DNA of 64,000 bases. It comes from a virus (taxonomy: Duplodnaviria > Caudoviricetes). The translations under genes were made by a program, and so were the position numbers. Under the pieces are notes generated by a model, which was not told the DNA's origin, searched no databases, and was given only the letters and a program-made list of their open reading frames with translations. Position 1 is the first letter of the stretch, and every line of letters begins with the position of its first letter. Shown piece by piece: positions 26,205 to 36,317 of the stretch. The stretch lies in IMG/VR virus record IMGVR_UViG_3300027996_003878. One strand, 5' to 3'.

Positions 26205-27344
26205 TTATCCTGCGTGTTCTCTTAAAATATTAAGCATGCGTCGAAGCGGTTCTGCCGCTCCCCAAAGAAGCTGATCTCCAACGCTAAATGCTCCCAGATA
26301 AGTTGGACCCATTTTTAATTTATGAATCCTTCCAATTGGTATATTTAATGTTCCGGTTGTTGCTGCCGGGCTGAGTTGGCGTATTGTATCTTCTTTATTA
26401 TTATCAACTGCGGTAACCCATTGATTCGCTTGATCAATAACTTCAACAATCTCATCCAACGGAATATCCTTGCGAAGCTTAATTGTAAAAGCTTGGCTGT
26501 GGCAACGCATGGCTCCGATTCGAACGCATATTCCATCGATGGGAATTGCATTATTCTTGGTGTCAAGGATTTTGTTTGTTTCCGAGTGTCCTTTCCACTC
26601 CTCTCTTGTCTGACCGCCTTCAACCTTTCGATCAATCCAAGGAATCAAAGAAGCAGCCAAAGGAGCGCCAATCATAGAAGTGGGGTGATTATTTGATCGA
26701 ATTGCCTCAGTAACAGCGCGATCAATATGCAAGACTGAACTTGATGGATCACGAAGGAGATCTTGATTATAAGTATCAATACTACTGGAAGCCAAGTGAC
26801 TCATTTGAGATACAAGCTCTTTTAGCTGCTTTGCGCCCGCTCCGCTTGCTGCCTGATAGGTCATTGAACTAAGCCACTCAACCCAACCTTCTCGAAAAAG
26901 GCCGTGAAGAGAAAGCAACATCAAACTAACAGTACAATTCCCACCAATAAAGTCCAAAATGCCATTTTTGATGCCGCTATCAATGGCTTCTCTATTGATT
27001 GGATCAAGAGCAATCAATGCATCGTCATCCATACGCCGAGCGCTAGCTGCATCAATCCAAAAGCCCTTCCAACCAGCTTTTCGCAGTGGCCCTAACACCT
27101 CACGTGTATAATCACCGCCTTGACAGCTTATAATGACGTCATTTATTTTCAACGCATCTATACTCTTTGCATCATCAAGTTTGCCGCAATCCCTTCCTAC
27201 GTCAGGAGCAGGCATTCCCACTTGTGAGGTTGAGTAAAACCGAGGCTCAAGACCTTCAAAGTCTTTTTCAACACGCATGCGATCCATCAACACCGAGCCG
27301 ACCATGCCGCGCCATCCAACCATACCGAGTTTTTTTATTTTCAT
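26205..27344 (-). CDS. asd: aspartate-semialdehyde dehydrogenase
   Basis: GWRGMVGSVL, GGNCTVSLML, TYQAASGAGA, CVRIGAMRCHSQ, GDQLLWGAAEP. Confidence 0.98.
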   Translation of the reverse strand: MKIKKLGMVGWRGMVGSVLMDRMRVEKDFEGLEPRFYSTSQVGMPAPDVGRDCGKLDDAKSIDALKINDVIISCQGGDYTREVLGPLRKAGWKGFWIDAASARRMDDDALIALDPINREAIDSGIKNGILDFIGGNCTVSLMLLSLHGLFREGWVEWLSSMTYQAASGAGAKQLKELVSQMSHLASSSIDTYNQDLLRDPSSSVLHIDRAVTEAIRSNNHPTSMIGAPLAASLIPWIDRKVEGGQTREEWKGHSETNKILDTKNNAIPIDGICVRIGAMRCHSQAFTIKLRKDIPLDEIVEVIDQANQWVTAVDNNKEDTIRQLSPAATTGTLNIPIGRIHKLKMGPTYLGAFSVGDQLLWGAAEPLRRMLNILREHAG

Positions 27345-27347
27345 TTT

Positions 27348-27782
27348 TTAATTAATTGAATTTGACTTATCCGAGCGTGGCAGTCCAAGCATATCCCACG
27401 TCTCGTCACTAATAAAAGCCATACGCTTGTTCAAAATAGCATTCCGCAAATCAACTGGCTCCACAACACGCTCAACAAACAGATCGCGCACAACAACCCA
27501 GCCACCTGTTCGATAAGGATTACTCATATCACCTTTGGACTTTTCCTCATCAATGGAAATAAGAATAATTCCCTTATTCATAAATTCTTCACATTTGTCA
27601 CAATGATTTCCTAAGCAAGTATTAGTAGGCGCCTTCCAATCCAATTGACCCCTCTGAGACTGATGTCCAAATAAAATAACGGACATGTTTTTTTGACACA
27701 AAAAACATATTTCAACGCTAGGATTTACACCATGACTAGGGCTGAGGCGTATACTTTGATTTAATTTTTTTGTTTTGTACAT
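27348..27782 (-). CDS. zinc-finger hypothetical protein
   Basis: LSP.HGVNPS..IC..C...CLG..CDKC; tandem paralog of the next ORF. Confidence 0.75.
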   Translation of the reverse strand: MYKTKKLNQSIRLSPSHGVNPSVEICFLCQKNMSVILFGHQSQRGQLDWKAPTNTCLGNHCDKCEEFMNKGIILISIDEEKSKGDMSNPYRTGGWVVVRDLFVERVVEPVDLRNAILNKRMAFISDETWDMLGLPRSDKSNSIN

Positions 27783-27997
27783 TTATCGCATTTATTTCCG
27801 AGGCAAATGCGTTTCGGGGCTCTCACCTCACGCATAACGCCGTCTTCTGCTTCTTCGTAAATAAGACCAAGAATAGCTATGTCCATGCCCTGCTGACATC
27901 GCTCACACACTTCTATGCTTGAATTTACGCCATACACTGGACTTAATTGGACCTCACCTCGAATGTAAGATCCTTTATATACTTTCCAAGTCTTCAT
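27761..27997 (-). CDS. zinc-finger hypothetical protein (short paralog)
   Basis: LSPVYGVNSS..VC..C...CLGNKCDKC. Confidence 0.7.
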   Translation of the reverse strand: MKTWKVYKGSYIRGEVQLSPVYGVNSSIEVCERCQQGMDIAILGLIYEEAEDGVMREVRAPKRICLGNKCDKCTKQKN

Positions 27998-28006
27998 TGC
28001 TCATAC

Positions 28007-28053
28007 TAAATTGGGTTTAAGCGATCAAGGCCAGATCACTTAAACCCAATTTA
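28007..28053. terminator. long intergenic hairpin (terminator or processing site)
   Basis: TAAATTGGGTTTAAG...CTTAAACCCAATTTA, perfect 15-bp arms. Confidence 0.65.
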
Positions 28054-28372
28054 TAAATTTATACCGAAACTAGCTACCCTGAGAGTATATTTTGTTAAAC
28101 TTATCTCGAATCATCCAATCGTACTTAAAAGGCTTTGCGTGCTTTACCACATGCCCCATCGCCTCTTCTGCGGTTTTAAAGCTCCCACGGTAACTATTTT
28201 TGATATAAACTTTAAACATTTTAAATGTTAACCTTTATTTGATTATTTAACAACTTACCTTTGGCTAAATTTTAAAATAAAGCCATGCATAACTATAAAG
28301 TAAGAATCAAAAATCAAAAGTCAACTAAATGTTTAAAACACATATGACAATTTTAATTTTATTAAATGAAAA

Positions 28373-29080
28373 TTAGATAGGAGAAATACTCTTGGCCCTC
28401 AAAGCATTGCCTTCCTTGTAAGCGCTCACTAAAATAAAGAGGCCAACAAGACCAAGAAGAACAGCTTTAAGATAGAAAGCCCCCACAATTGCAACGATAG
28501 AGAAGAAGTATGCAAAATAGCTGCTTATTTTTACAGCCCTTTCTTCATTTATATACATTCTCAAAAATGCACGCAATACCCTCCCACCATCCATAGGGTA
28601 TGCCGGCACAAGATTGAAAATCCCCATGAATAGGTTTAAACATGCAAAATAAGAAAAAAAGAAAGTCCAAAAATGATTTGGAAGGTAGAAAAAAAGCAAT
28701 CTTGCATTAAATAAAAATACAAGTGGTATAATAGAAATAATTGCTAGAACAAAATTGGACAACGGCCCGGCGGCGGCAATCATCATTTCCTTTTTTGGGT
28801 CAATATCCTCCGGCACATTTATCTCAGCCAGGCCTCCGAGCGCCCAAAAGTATAAATTAGAACTTTCTTCAGATTTATAAAATAAATTTGCCGCTCGAAT
28901 GTGGGCGCATTCGTGAACAAATAAAGAAAACATCATTTGAAAGAAAACTATAAATGATGTGATTAAAGTAATTCTAATATCTTTCAATACTTGCAGGTAA
29001 CTGCAAAAGATGAGGCCTAAAACAATAAGAAAACTAGGATGAAGGTGGATATTAACGTTTTTTAATTTTAAAATTTGCAT
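28373..29080 (-). CDS. site-2 protease (peptidase M50)
   Basis: HECAH, AAAGPLSN, FNLVPAYPMDGGR. Confidence 0.93.
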   Translation of the reverse strand: MQILKLKNVNIHLHPSFLIVLGLIFCSYLQVLKDIRITLITSFIVFFQMMFSLFVHECAHIRAANLFYKSEESSNLYFWALGGLAEINVPEDIDPKKEMMIAAAGPLSNFVLAIISIIPLVFLFNARLLFFYLPNHFWTFFFSYFACLNLFMGIFNLVPAYPMDGGRVLRAFLRMYINEERAVKISSYFAYFFSIVAIVGAFYLKAVLLGLVGLFILVSAYKEGNALRAKSISPI

Positions 29081-29157
29081 ATTTTCCGCATAATTAATAA
29101 TTAGCCTTTCTGTTATGCGGAAAAATAATTAGTTTATTTAAAATAATTAATAATTAA

Positions 29158-30183
29158 TTAAATTTTTTCATTTTGTTTAATTAATTCCTCGCGAGTTTTG
29201 GCTCCCACAATTCCGTCTGCTGTTAAATTATTTTTACTCTGAAAAAGTAGAACCTGATCTCTAGTCACCGACCCAAAGTCCCCATCAGCGCCATAAGGGT
29301 TAAGGTTGTAATTAAGATTTAAAAGAATTTCTTGCATTTCTCTAACATCGCTGCCTTTCATTGAATATTTTAGCACTCTCCAGTCGTAATCTGGCTGATC
29401 TGGCTTATCAGGATTGCAAGGCGAAGGCCCATGCGTTGATGTTCTTGGATAAATGGTATCAATAAGAGGCCCCTCGCTGGATATGATTTTACATAATTCG
29501 TTATCCTTTAATAAATCACGAATATCTGACTCACAACCATTTAAATAACATTTCTTTTTAACTAAACCTGTAATGAGTTGTGAGTAATCTGTAAATGTAT
29601 CTACATGAGCTGTAGCTAAAGGTTGAAGGACATAACTGTTTTTAGAAACAGATGGGTAGGGCGAGGATGCGACATGCCATCCATAATTTGCAGCTTTTCC
29701 TTCATTTTGACCAAAAATACGGTTTGATAAAACAAAAGACTTGCCAACCGTCCACAACAAGCCGGCTCTGCCGGCCCTCTCAGACTCAATCGCTTCACTG
29801 TGCTTTACAAAACGGCTTGTGTAAGCCATTTGAGAGTCAGGCGTTTGAGTGTGAGGTTTTAGTGTAAAATTTTTACGCCTAGCTTCATCCCAAATAAGGT
29901 CACATATTTTTGCAGTAGGTAAAATACAACCAAGATGCTCAGCTATAGCGCACGCAGTCAATGCGCTTGCAGCCACACGAACAGAGTCATCAGATTGCCC
30001 AACCTGAAGCGCATCTTCAGCTACATCCATGTGAAGTAAATTATCGCCATAATTAATTTCGATAGGTGTAAAATTTAATACATAATTACCATCAAGAACT
30101 GCTTGATATATTTTATCTTCTCTTTCTTGCGTTGGTTGCTCGGGTAAAGTTTTAAGCCACTCACTTGCCTTCATAACTAGCAC
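29158..30183 (-). CDS. protein with C-terminal peptidoglycan-binding domain
   Basis: LKYSMKGSDV..MQ..L...ADGDFG..T...V..FQ...LTADGIVG..T. Confidence 0.85.
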   Translation of the reverse strand: MLVMKASEWLKTLPEQPTQEREDKIYQAVLDGNYVLNFTPIEINYGDNLLHMDVAEDALQVGQSDDSVRVAASALTACAIAEHLGCILPTAKICDLIWDEARRKNFTLKPHTQTPDSQMAYTSRFVKHSEAIESERAGRAGLLWTVGKSFVLSNRIFGQNEGKAANYGWHVASSPYPSVSKNSYVLQPLATAHVDTFTDYSQLITGLVKKKCYLNGCESDIRDLLKDNELCKIISSEGPLIDTIYPRTSTHGPSPCNPDKPDQPDYDWRVLKYSMKGSDVREMQEILLNLNYNLNPYGADGDFGSVTRDQVLLFQSKNNLTADGIVGAKTREELIKQNEKI

Positions 30184-30266
30184 CTTTTCGTTTTAGAAAT
30201 TATGATAATAAAATTGAATCAAGTTATATATAACGATGATTTTGGATTAAATGTTTAAGGCCCTGT

Positions 30267-31019
30267 ATGAAATTGCACGAAGGTTATGAAAAAAGGCCCG
30301 GTTCTATATATTTTCTGGACTGTGAAGACACACCATTAACTGAAGCCGAGGCCACATACTATTTAAAAGAAGCGTGGCGGAAGATTTATGGAGAATACCC
30401 AAGCTTAGATTCACTGGCGTTATTATGGGCTCAATCAGCCGGAGAGACTGGTCGTTGGAAAAGTCTTCGTAATTACAATTGGGGTAATATAAAGCGCCTT
30501 AAGGATGGCTACTGGACGTCTTACGTTGCTGGTGAGGTTATTCGCGGACGCCATCAGATGTTTTACCCTTATCATCCAGAAACATATTTTGCAGCCTGGA
30601 AGACGGCTCTAGAGGGTGCTGAAGGTTACATTCGTTTCTTATCAACACGGCAGCGGTATAGATTAGCATGGGAGGAAATTAGAAAAGGAGATCCTGTTGC
30701 TTATTGCACTGAATTAAAATTAGCAGGTTACTTTACAGCAGATTTAGGTCATTATACTCGCGGTGTAGTAAGTCTAGTAAAAGAATTTAAAAATCGCTCT
30801 GAGGAATTAGTTACCTATCACCCTCCGATTAAAGATATAGAGGTAGAAGTAAAGATTGAAAGGTTTGAAAAAGTTAAGTCCCTAGAAGCAGGGCAAGAAG
30901 AAGAATCAAAAGAAAAAGAGCAAGTAGCATTAACTTTAAAGCCATCAATAAGAGCCCATATATTTAATTTTATTATAAATTTTATAAAAAAAATCGCCTC
31001 ACTAATGAAGTTAAAATAG
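30267..31019 (+). CDS. glucosaminidase-like (GH73/lysozyme-fold) peptidoglycan hydrolase
   Basis: AQSAGETG...NYNWGNIK, L..AGYFTA...Y. Confidence 0.75.
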   Translation: MKLHEGYEKRPGSIYFLDCEDTPLTEAEATYYLKEAWRKIYGEYPSLDSLALLWAQSAGETGRWKSLRNYNWGNIKRLKDGYWTSYVAGEVIRGRHQMFYPYHPETYFAAWKTALEGAEGYIRFLSTRQRYRLAWEEIRKGDPVAYCTELKLAGYFTADLGHYTRGVVSLVKEFKNRSEELVTYHPPIKDIEVEVKIERFEKVKSLEAGQEEESKEKEQVALTLKPSIRAHIFNFIINFIKKIASLMKLK

Positions 31020-31082
31020 TAATATAACTTAATTAATGTAGGAAGAAATTATTGTAAATTAATAATCTTATTGAGGTACTTA

Positions 31083-31775
31083 ATGGCAAATTGCAATCAC
31101 TCAACATGCAGAAATCACCCAGTTTGTGGGCAAATTAACAAAATTGATGATAAAAAGCCAGGTGGCAACATTTATAAAATGGGCCAAACTCATATCCACA
31201 AAGGACATAAAGTTTTTGGCTGGCACTCAGGTGACGAATCAAGGTTTTATAATAATTTAATTAAAAATTTAAAGAATGGAACTATTATAGAAATAGGCGT
31301 TTATGGTGGCGCTAGTTTATTAGGCGTCGCTGATACCTTGAAAAAAACAAATAGTCATTTGTATGAAATTGATCCTTGGGAGAAGGTGGTCAATGCAAAC
31401 GGCACTCCAATGTCTAATGAACAGCGCGACATACATAGAAATAAATTGAAAAAACTTCGCCTTCATTTAGATAGTATTATAAAAAAAGAAAATTATGACA
31501 AAAACATAACGTTAGTTTGTGATTTTGCTAGCAACTTCGCTTCACAATTCAAAGAAAAGTCAGTTGATATTGTATTTGTAGATGGCGATCATTCTTATGA
31601 TTCAGTTTATGATGATATTACAACCTGGCTGCCTAAAATTAAAGATGGCGGAGTGATGTGGGGAGATGATTTTGTATGGGGCTCTGTTGCAAAGGCAGTA
31701 AAAGACTATTGTAAAAATAATAACTTAAAGTTTGAAGTAGTTTGCGGAAATCGAGCTTGGAAGATAGTTAAATAA
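31083..31775 (+). CDS. class I SAM-dependent methyltransferase (Methyltransf_24-like)
   Basis: IIEIGVYGGAS, EIDPW, VDIVFVDGDHSYD, GGVMWGDD. Confidence 0.9.
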   Translation: MANCNHSTCRNHPVCGQINKIDDKKPGGNIYKMGQTHIHKGHKVFGWHSGDESRFYNNLIKNLKNGTIIEIGVYGGASLLGVADTLKKTNSHLYEIDPWEKVVNANGTPMSNEQRDIHRNKLKKLRLHLDSIIKKENYDKNITLVCDFASNFASQFKEKSVDIVFVDGDHSYDSVYDDITTWLPKIKDGGVMWGDDFVWGSVAKAVKDYCKNNNLKFEVVCGNRAWKIVK

Positions 31776-31781
31776 AAAGTC

Positions 31782-32141
31782 ATGAGTCTTTTAAATGAAT
31801 ATATAAAAGAACTTTCAAAAGAGAAAAGTAAAGCCGTCACCGCTTATCATGGCAGCAACGTGCCGATTAAAAAGTTTAGCAGAGAGCACGGGGCGCAAGG
31901 GGTAATGTGGTTTTCAGAGGACAAAGATAAAATCATAAGGGGGGAGAGTGGCGCTCTTTCTTCCAAATATATAATGAAAGTACAACTAAACGTAGAAAAT
32001 ACAGCCGGTTGGGAAGACTATGAAAAGAAGTATCTTAAACAAATTGAAGATGAAGGGTTTGACAGTATTAAGCTAGATGACGATTGGATAATATTCGAAC
32101 CAAGCAGAGTTAAAGTAATTGAAATTGAAAAAAATTTTTAA
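31782..32141 (+). CDS. ADP-ribosyltransferase-like protein (ART-PolyVal-like)
   Basis: AYHGS...F...G.MWFS...GFDSI...WIIFEPSRVK. Confidence 0.7.
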   Translation: MSLLNEYIKELSKEKSKAVTAYHGSNVPIKKFSREHGAQGVMWFSEDKDKIIRGESGALSSKYIMKVQLNVENTAGWEDYEKKYLKQIEDEGFDSIKLDDDWIIFEPSRVKVIEIEKNF

Positions 32142-32149
32142 AGGACATT

Positions 32150-33205
32150 ATGAAACGCCAAAACATACTTATAAATTCAATCAGTAAGCTTGCAAGTAAA
32201 TTTTTGAAGCTTGCCAAGGCTCCCAGTGGAATTGTTACGTATCATGGTACAAATGCGCGGTTTTTGAATAATATGCTTCAAGAAGGAATTCTTTCAAAAG
32301 TACCTCCAGGATCTTATCACAAAGACAAGGCAGTTTATCTAACGAATGACATAAGCCAGGCTGCAAGATACACTCTAAAAGAAGATTTACCCATGATTTT
32401 AGAGCTGTATTTATCAACACCGAAGCGGTTAAAAAAAATAAAACATGATTTGCTTGATCGGTATGATTGGGGCGACTTTGAATCAGAATGGCAGGAAGAG
32501 CTAATATATTTATCTAAAGATCTAAGTGAAGTTCTAGGAGGCTGGGAAAGAGAGATCGAACAAGCCCTTGTAACTGACAATGAGATTCATGAAATTATAG
32601 GTATGAATGTTTACAAACTTATATTATCAATAGCAAGAGAAAATAATTTAAACATTCAAGATGTAAAAAATAAACTTAAAAAACTTCCAAAAAGTGATCC
32701 AAATAATTTCTTTTTTTACATATCACATGATGGTACGCTCCAACCTACCAAATATTATTATGATTGGATGCACCAAATGAAGTATCCAACCACATTGCCT
32801 CCTTCTGTTATAAAATATGTTTGGCTGCCTGAACGTAATTTAAAAAATGAGCATAAAAATAATGCGCTAAATGCCAATCAAATCTATAGCAACTATTTGC
32901 CGGGCGATTTGGACCACATAAGAAGCTCCATAGAAAATGCATTTAAGGGTATCTATGGCACGGAGACGAGCGAGGAGGACAAAGAGCGCTTGTTAGTCGA
33001 TTTAAAAGATATAAATGATGATTTTAAAGATTCAACTAAAGAGCTGTTAGAGGAAGTTAAAGGCACGGCTCCTGAGGAATTGAGCGATATTGATTATTAT
33101 GAATTTATTCCTCAGGAAGGCGAGCAGGCTCTAAGCGACAATTACCTTAGATTTGACATTGATTATGTCAAATCTAAGGGAATAAGCTCAATGTTAAAAA
33201 GCTAG
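32150..33205 (+). CDS. ART-fold protein with shared leader
   Basis: YHGT..FL..M..EGI...VYLT.D...A.RY. Confidence 0.65.
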   Translation: MKRQNILINSISKLASKFLKLAKAPSGIVTYHGTNARFLNNMLQEGILSKVPPGSYHKDKAVYLTNDISQAARYTLKEDLPMILELYLSTPKRLKKIKHDLLDRYDWGDFESEWQEELIYLSKDLSEVLGGWEREIEQALVTDNEIHEIIGMNVYKLILSIARENNLNIQDVKNKLKKLPKSDPNNFFFYISHDGTLQPTKYYYDWMHQMKYPTTLPPSVIKYVWLPERNLKNEHKNNALNANQIYSNYLPGDLDHIRSSIENAFKGIYGTETSEEDKERLLVDLKDINDDFKDSTKELLEEVKGTAPEELSDIDYYEFIPQEGEQALSDNYLRFDIDYVKSKGISSMLKS

Positions 33206-33320
33206 TCTATAAAATTCAACAAATGATTAAGAATTAATAATACAAAGAAGAAGAATAATAGAGTTAACTTAAAAATCACATATATATACAAAAAAAAGTA
33301 TATTTCAAGAGGAAGAAAAA

Positions 33321-33971
33321 ATGAAAAAATCTTCAGTGAAAAAAATTGAAAGCAATAAAGTCCACAAGCTGGCGGTAAAATTTGAAAGAAAGATATTTAA
33401 AATATCCACTCAAGAGCAGATTAGAATTTATAGAGCACAGCCTGCTTGGACAACCGATCTAGAGTCGGATTCATATGTAACTAAATCAAGAAAATTTGCA
33501 CTTGATCACGCTATAACATCCTCATTATATAATGACACTGATTTTTGCATAATTATGGCGAAAGTTAACAAAGACCAAATTGAAGAGGCAAATAATCCTG
33601 GTGAATATATTTACAAGGGCGGCAAGATTAAGGCAATTCCAATTCAAGCCATTAACTCTGAGGGCGATGTGATGCCTTATTCAAAATGGTTGGAAAATGA
33701 TGAGGTTGTGCTTTATCATAGAACAAGCCCGGAAATTGCTGAAGAAATAAATAGAAGCGGAGAATTTAAATCAAAAATTAAAACAAACCTTGGAAAAGAG
33801 CTTTATTTCAGCAATCGTCGTGATGGGCAAATATCTGGATACGGAGAGGGGCTTGTAGTTGTAAAAATAAACAAAAAATATTTAAATTTAGATGATCAGT
33901 TTTCAAGTGGCGAAAAGCATTACATGATAACCTTGAATGATTTTAATAATTATGGAAAAGTAGTCAGTTAA
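33321..33971 (+). CDS. protein with two ART-like modules and shared leader
   Basis: IYRA...SYVT..., then LYHRTS..I..SG.F...ELYFS. Confidence 0.55.
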   Translation: MKKSSVKKIESNKVHKLAVKFERKIFKISTQEQIRIYRAQPAWTTDLESDSYVTKSRKFALDHAITSSLYNDTDFCIIMAKVNKDQIEEANNPGEYIYKGGKIKAIPIQAINSEGDVMPYSKWLENDEVVLYHRTSPEIAEEINRSGEFKSKIKTNLGKELYFSNRRDGQISGYGEGLVVVKINKKYLNLDDQFSSGEKHYMITLNDFNNYGKVVS

Positions 33972-34055
33972 TTTTATTTCCTTCGATAGGCGGGTAGATA
34001 ACCAGCAAGAATTATCATATTAAAATTTTAATTAACAAAGAATTATTTAAATAAT

Positions 34056-34298
34056 ATGAAGGTCAAGAGTAGAAGCACCTATAAACTTGACCTGCATGGG
34101 CTGACCTATGAAGAGGCTGAAGGGCAATGTCATAAGTTTATCAACAAATATTGGCTATCAAATTGTGAGGGGCAAATAATAACTGGTAATAGCATTTCTA
34201 TGAAAGAAGTTGTAATTAAAATTATTAACCAGTACAAATTAGACTTTCAAGTAGGCTCTTTGAACAATTTTGGAATTATTAGAGTTTGGTTTGAATGA
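34056..34298 (+). CDS. Smr/MutS2-like domain protein
   Basis: LDLHGLTYEEA...IITGNS. Confidence 0.85.
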   Translation: MKVKSRSTYKLDLHGLTYEEAEGQCHKFINKYWLSNCEGQIITGNSISMKEVVIKIINQYKLDFQVGSLNNFGIIRVWFE

Positions 34299-34342
34299 TT
34301 AGCTATAATTTGTCATTATTTTTATAACCATAAGGATTTTAA

Positions 34343-34738
34343 ATGATTATCAATTGCAATAATATTCTAAATCTTTCAAATGTATTTTTTAAATTAGCAT
34401 CATCAAATGATGATGATGATGCTTTTGTATTAAATTTAAGTGAATATGACTTGAAGGCACTTGACCCTGATAAGCTAGAAGAGGGAAAGAAAGAATATAG
34501 AATAACGGTTACACCAGAAGAGTTAAGTCAATATTTGGAAAAATCGATGAGCGACAACAATTTGTCGCCTGTCGGCGTTCGAATTATGGAACAAGTCCCA
34601 GATCTAAAAGAATTTAATAAGCTTTTAGAAAAAGCAATAAGCAATAAAGAAGAAGAAAAGGAAAAAGCAAAAGACCTACTTTCGGAAGAGCTTAGCGATC
34701 AAGAGTTCCAAGAAAGCCTAAGAAAATTTTTATTTTAA
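34343..34738 (+). CDS. acidic hypothetical protein with shared leader
   Basis: NLSNVFFKLAS. Confidence 0.7.
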   Translation: MIINCNNILNLSNVFFKLASSNDDDDAFVLNLSEYDLKALDPDKLEEGKKEYRITVTPEELSQYLEKSMSDNNLSPVGVRIMEQVPDLKEFNKLLEKAISNKEEEKEKAKDLLSEELSDQEFQESLRKFLF

Positions 34739-34905
34739 GAAAATGGTAAAACAATTAATAAAAGAAATTAAAAAGCGTCTTGTTGATTATTGGACTCTCA
34801 ACATTACAAGCGCTGATTTTGTAATAATAATGGTGGTTAAGTTAATATTTTTCTCTGCCGGATTCTTAACTTGCCATTTATTTTTTTAATTTTTAAAGGG
34901 CCTTA

Positions 34906-35229
34906 ATGTATGAATACAAAGCGGTTGTAATTAAAGTTTATGATGGGGATACTGTAACAGTCGATGTTGATTTGGGGTGGTCGGTCGTGATTAAAAAACA
35001 AAAAATAAGATTACTAGGTATCAACGCGCCAGAGGTTAGAGGCAAGTCAAAGCAAGCAGGAAAAGAGTCTCGCGATAGACTTAAAGAAAAAATTCTAGAT
35101 CAAGAAATAACTCTTAAAACCTTTAAAGATAAGAAAGGTAAATACGGTAGATGGCTTGGTATAATTATACTAGATGATATGAATATTAATGATTGGATGG
35201 TTGAGAACAACCTTGCTGTAAAGTATTAA
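34906..35229 (+). CDS. thermonuclease (SNase-like)
   Basis: VYDGDT, IRLLGINAPE, KGKYGRWLG. Confidence 0.93.
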   Translation: MYEYKAVVIKVYDGDTVTVDVDLGWSVVIKKQKIRLLGINAPEVRGKSKQAGKESRDRLKEKILDQEITLKTFKDKKGKYGRWLGIIILDDMNINDWMVENNLAVKY

Positions 35230-35253
35230 ATTGTAATATTAAAACATTTATTT

Positions 35254-35631
35254 GTGATGAATAAAAGATTAGATCAAGCAGCACATAAAATCAATTTAAA
35301 GCTCACAAAAAGAGCCCAGGACCTTTTTTCTGAATTCAAAAAAACCGTTGATAGGCGCGGTAGTGACGAATATGACTTTAGTAATGGATTTAGCGCCTTA
35401 GTGACACGTCCATTCAAAGGGACATCCCTTGAAAAAGAGCTAAAGGGCATCTACGAGCTAGAAATATTTTCAAATGGCGACAAATGCAATGACAATGACT
35501 GCGAAGTAATAAAAGAAAATGTAATAACACCATTTTTAGAAAAATCAACTGATCCAACTGTTTATAAATTGCAATATTTAGACTGGAATGAAGTATCAAA
35601 GCTTCTTCTTTCAATACAAAGTCAAGATTAA
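35254..35631 (+). CDS. hypothetical protein with leader-like N-terminus
   Basis: AAHKINLKLTKRAQD. Confidence 0.65.
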   Translation: MMNKRLDQAAHKINLKLTKRAQDLFSEFKKTVDRRGSDEYDFSNGFSALVTRPFKGTSLEKELKGIYELEIFSNGDKCNDNDCEVIKENVITPFLEKSTDPTVYKLQYLDWNEVSKLLLSIQSQD

Positions 35632-35648
35632 AAAGATTAAAGGCACAT

Positions 35649-36314
35649 ATGTATAGTTTTGATAAGTTTTTAAAAAAATTACAAGAAGACACTCCTAAAT
35701 TTAATATTAAATATAAGAATGAATCTAAATTCATGAAATTTTTAGGCGCTTTGTTATTTTTCAACAAAGGCTTTATGACAAAGTACGTAACTACCATTGG
35801 CAGTACTGTATATTATCCTGATAAATTATTTATTGAAAAGGAGAAGGTGGCTATAGAAATTTTAGCTCATGAGTTTGTTCATACAAAAGATTCTAACAAA
35901 TCATTTTCGTTTAGTCCTTTGTATCTTTTTCCCCAAATTTTAGCACCTTTTATGTTGTTTTTTATGTTTGCTTCAATTTGGCTGGGTTTGGGTTTATTTG
36001 TTCTTTTCATATTACCATTACCGGCGCCTTTTAGAATGCATTATGAGGTACGGGGTTATACAATGTCTCTTTTTATGATAAATAAATTTTTGGTTGATCA
36101 AAATAAAGACCAGGAAGAGAGAAGAAAAGTTTTATATGATATCGCAGGCAATATAAATAAAAACTTTACCTCATTTGCTTATTACTTAATGTGGCCATTT
36201 GGTGTCACCAAAAAATTAAAACAAAATATTGACAAAATAGTAAGTAATAAAATTTTAGAAGAAGACCAAAATTATAAGTTAGCCGAAGTCGCGTTTAATT
36301 ATTGCAAAGAGTAA
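35649..36314 (+). CDS. putative membrane HExxH metallopeptidase
   Basis: LAHEFVH, TM segments, downstream YEVRGY. Confidence 0.7.
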   Translation: MYSFDKFLKKLQEDTPKFNIKYKNESKFMKFLGALLFFNKGFMTKYVTTIGSTVYYPDKLFIEKEKVAIEILAHEFVHTKDSNKSFSFSPLYLFPQILAPFMLFFMFASIWLGLGLFVLFILPLPAPFRMHYEVRGYTMSLFMINKFLVDQNKDQEERRKVLYDIAGNINKNFTSFAYYLMWPFGVTKKLKQNIDKIVSNKILEEDQNYKLAEVAFNYCKE

Positions 36315-36317
36315 TCT

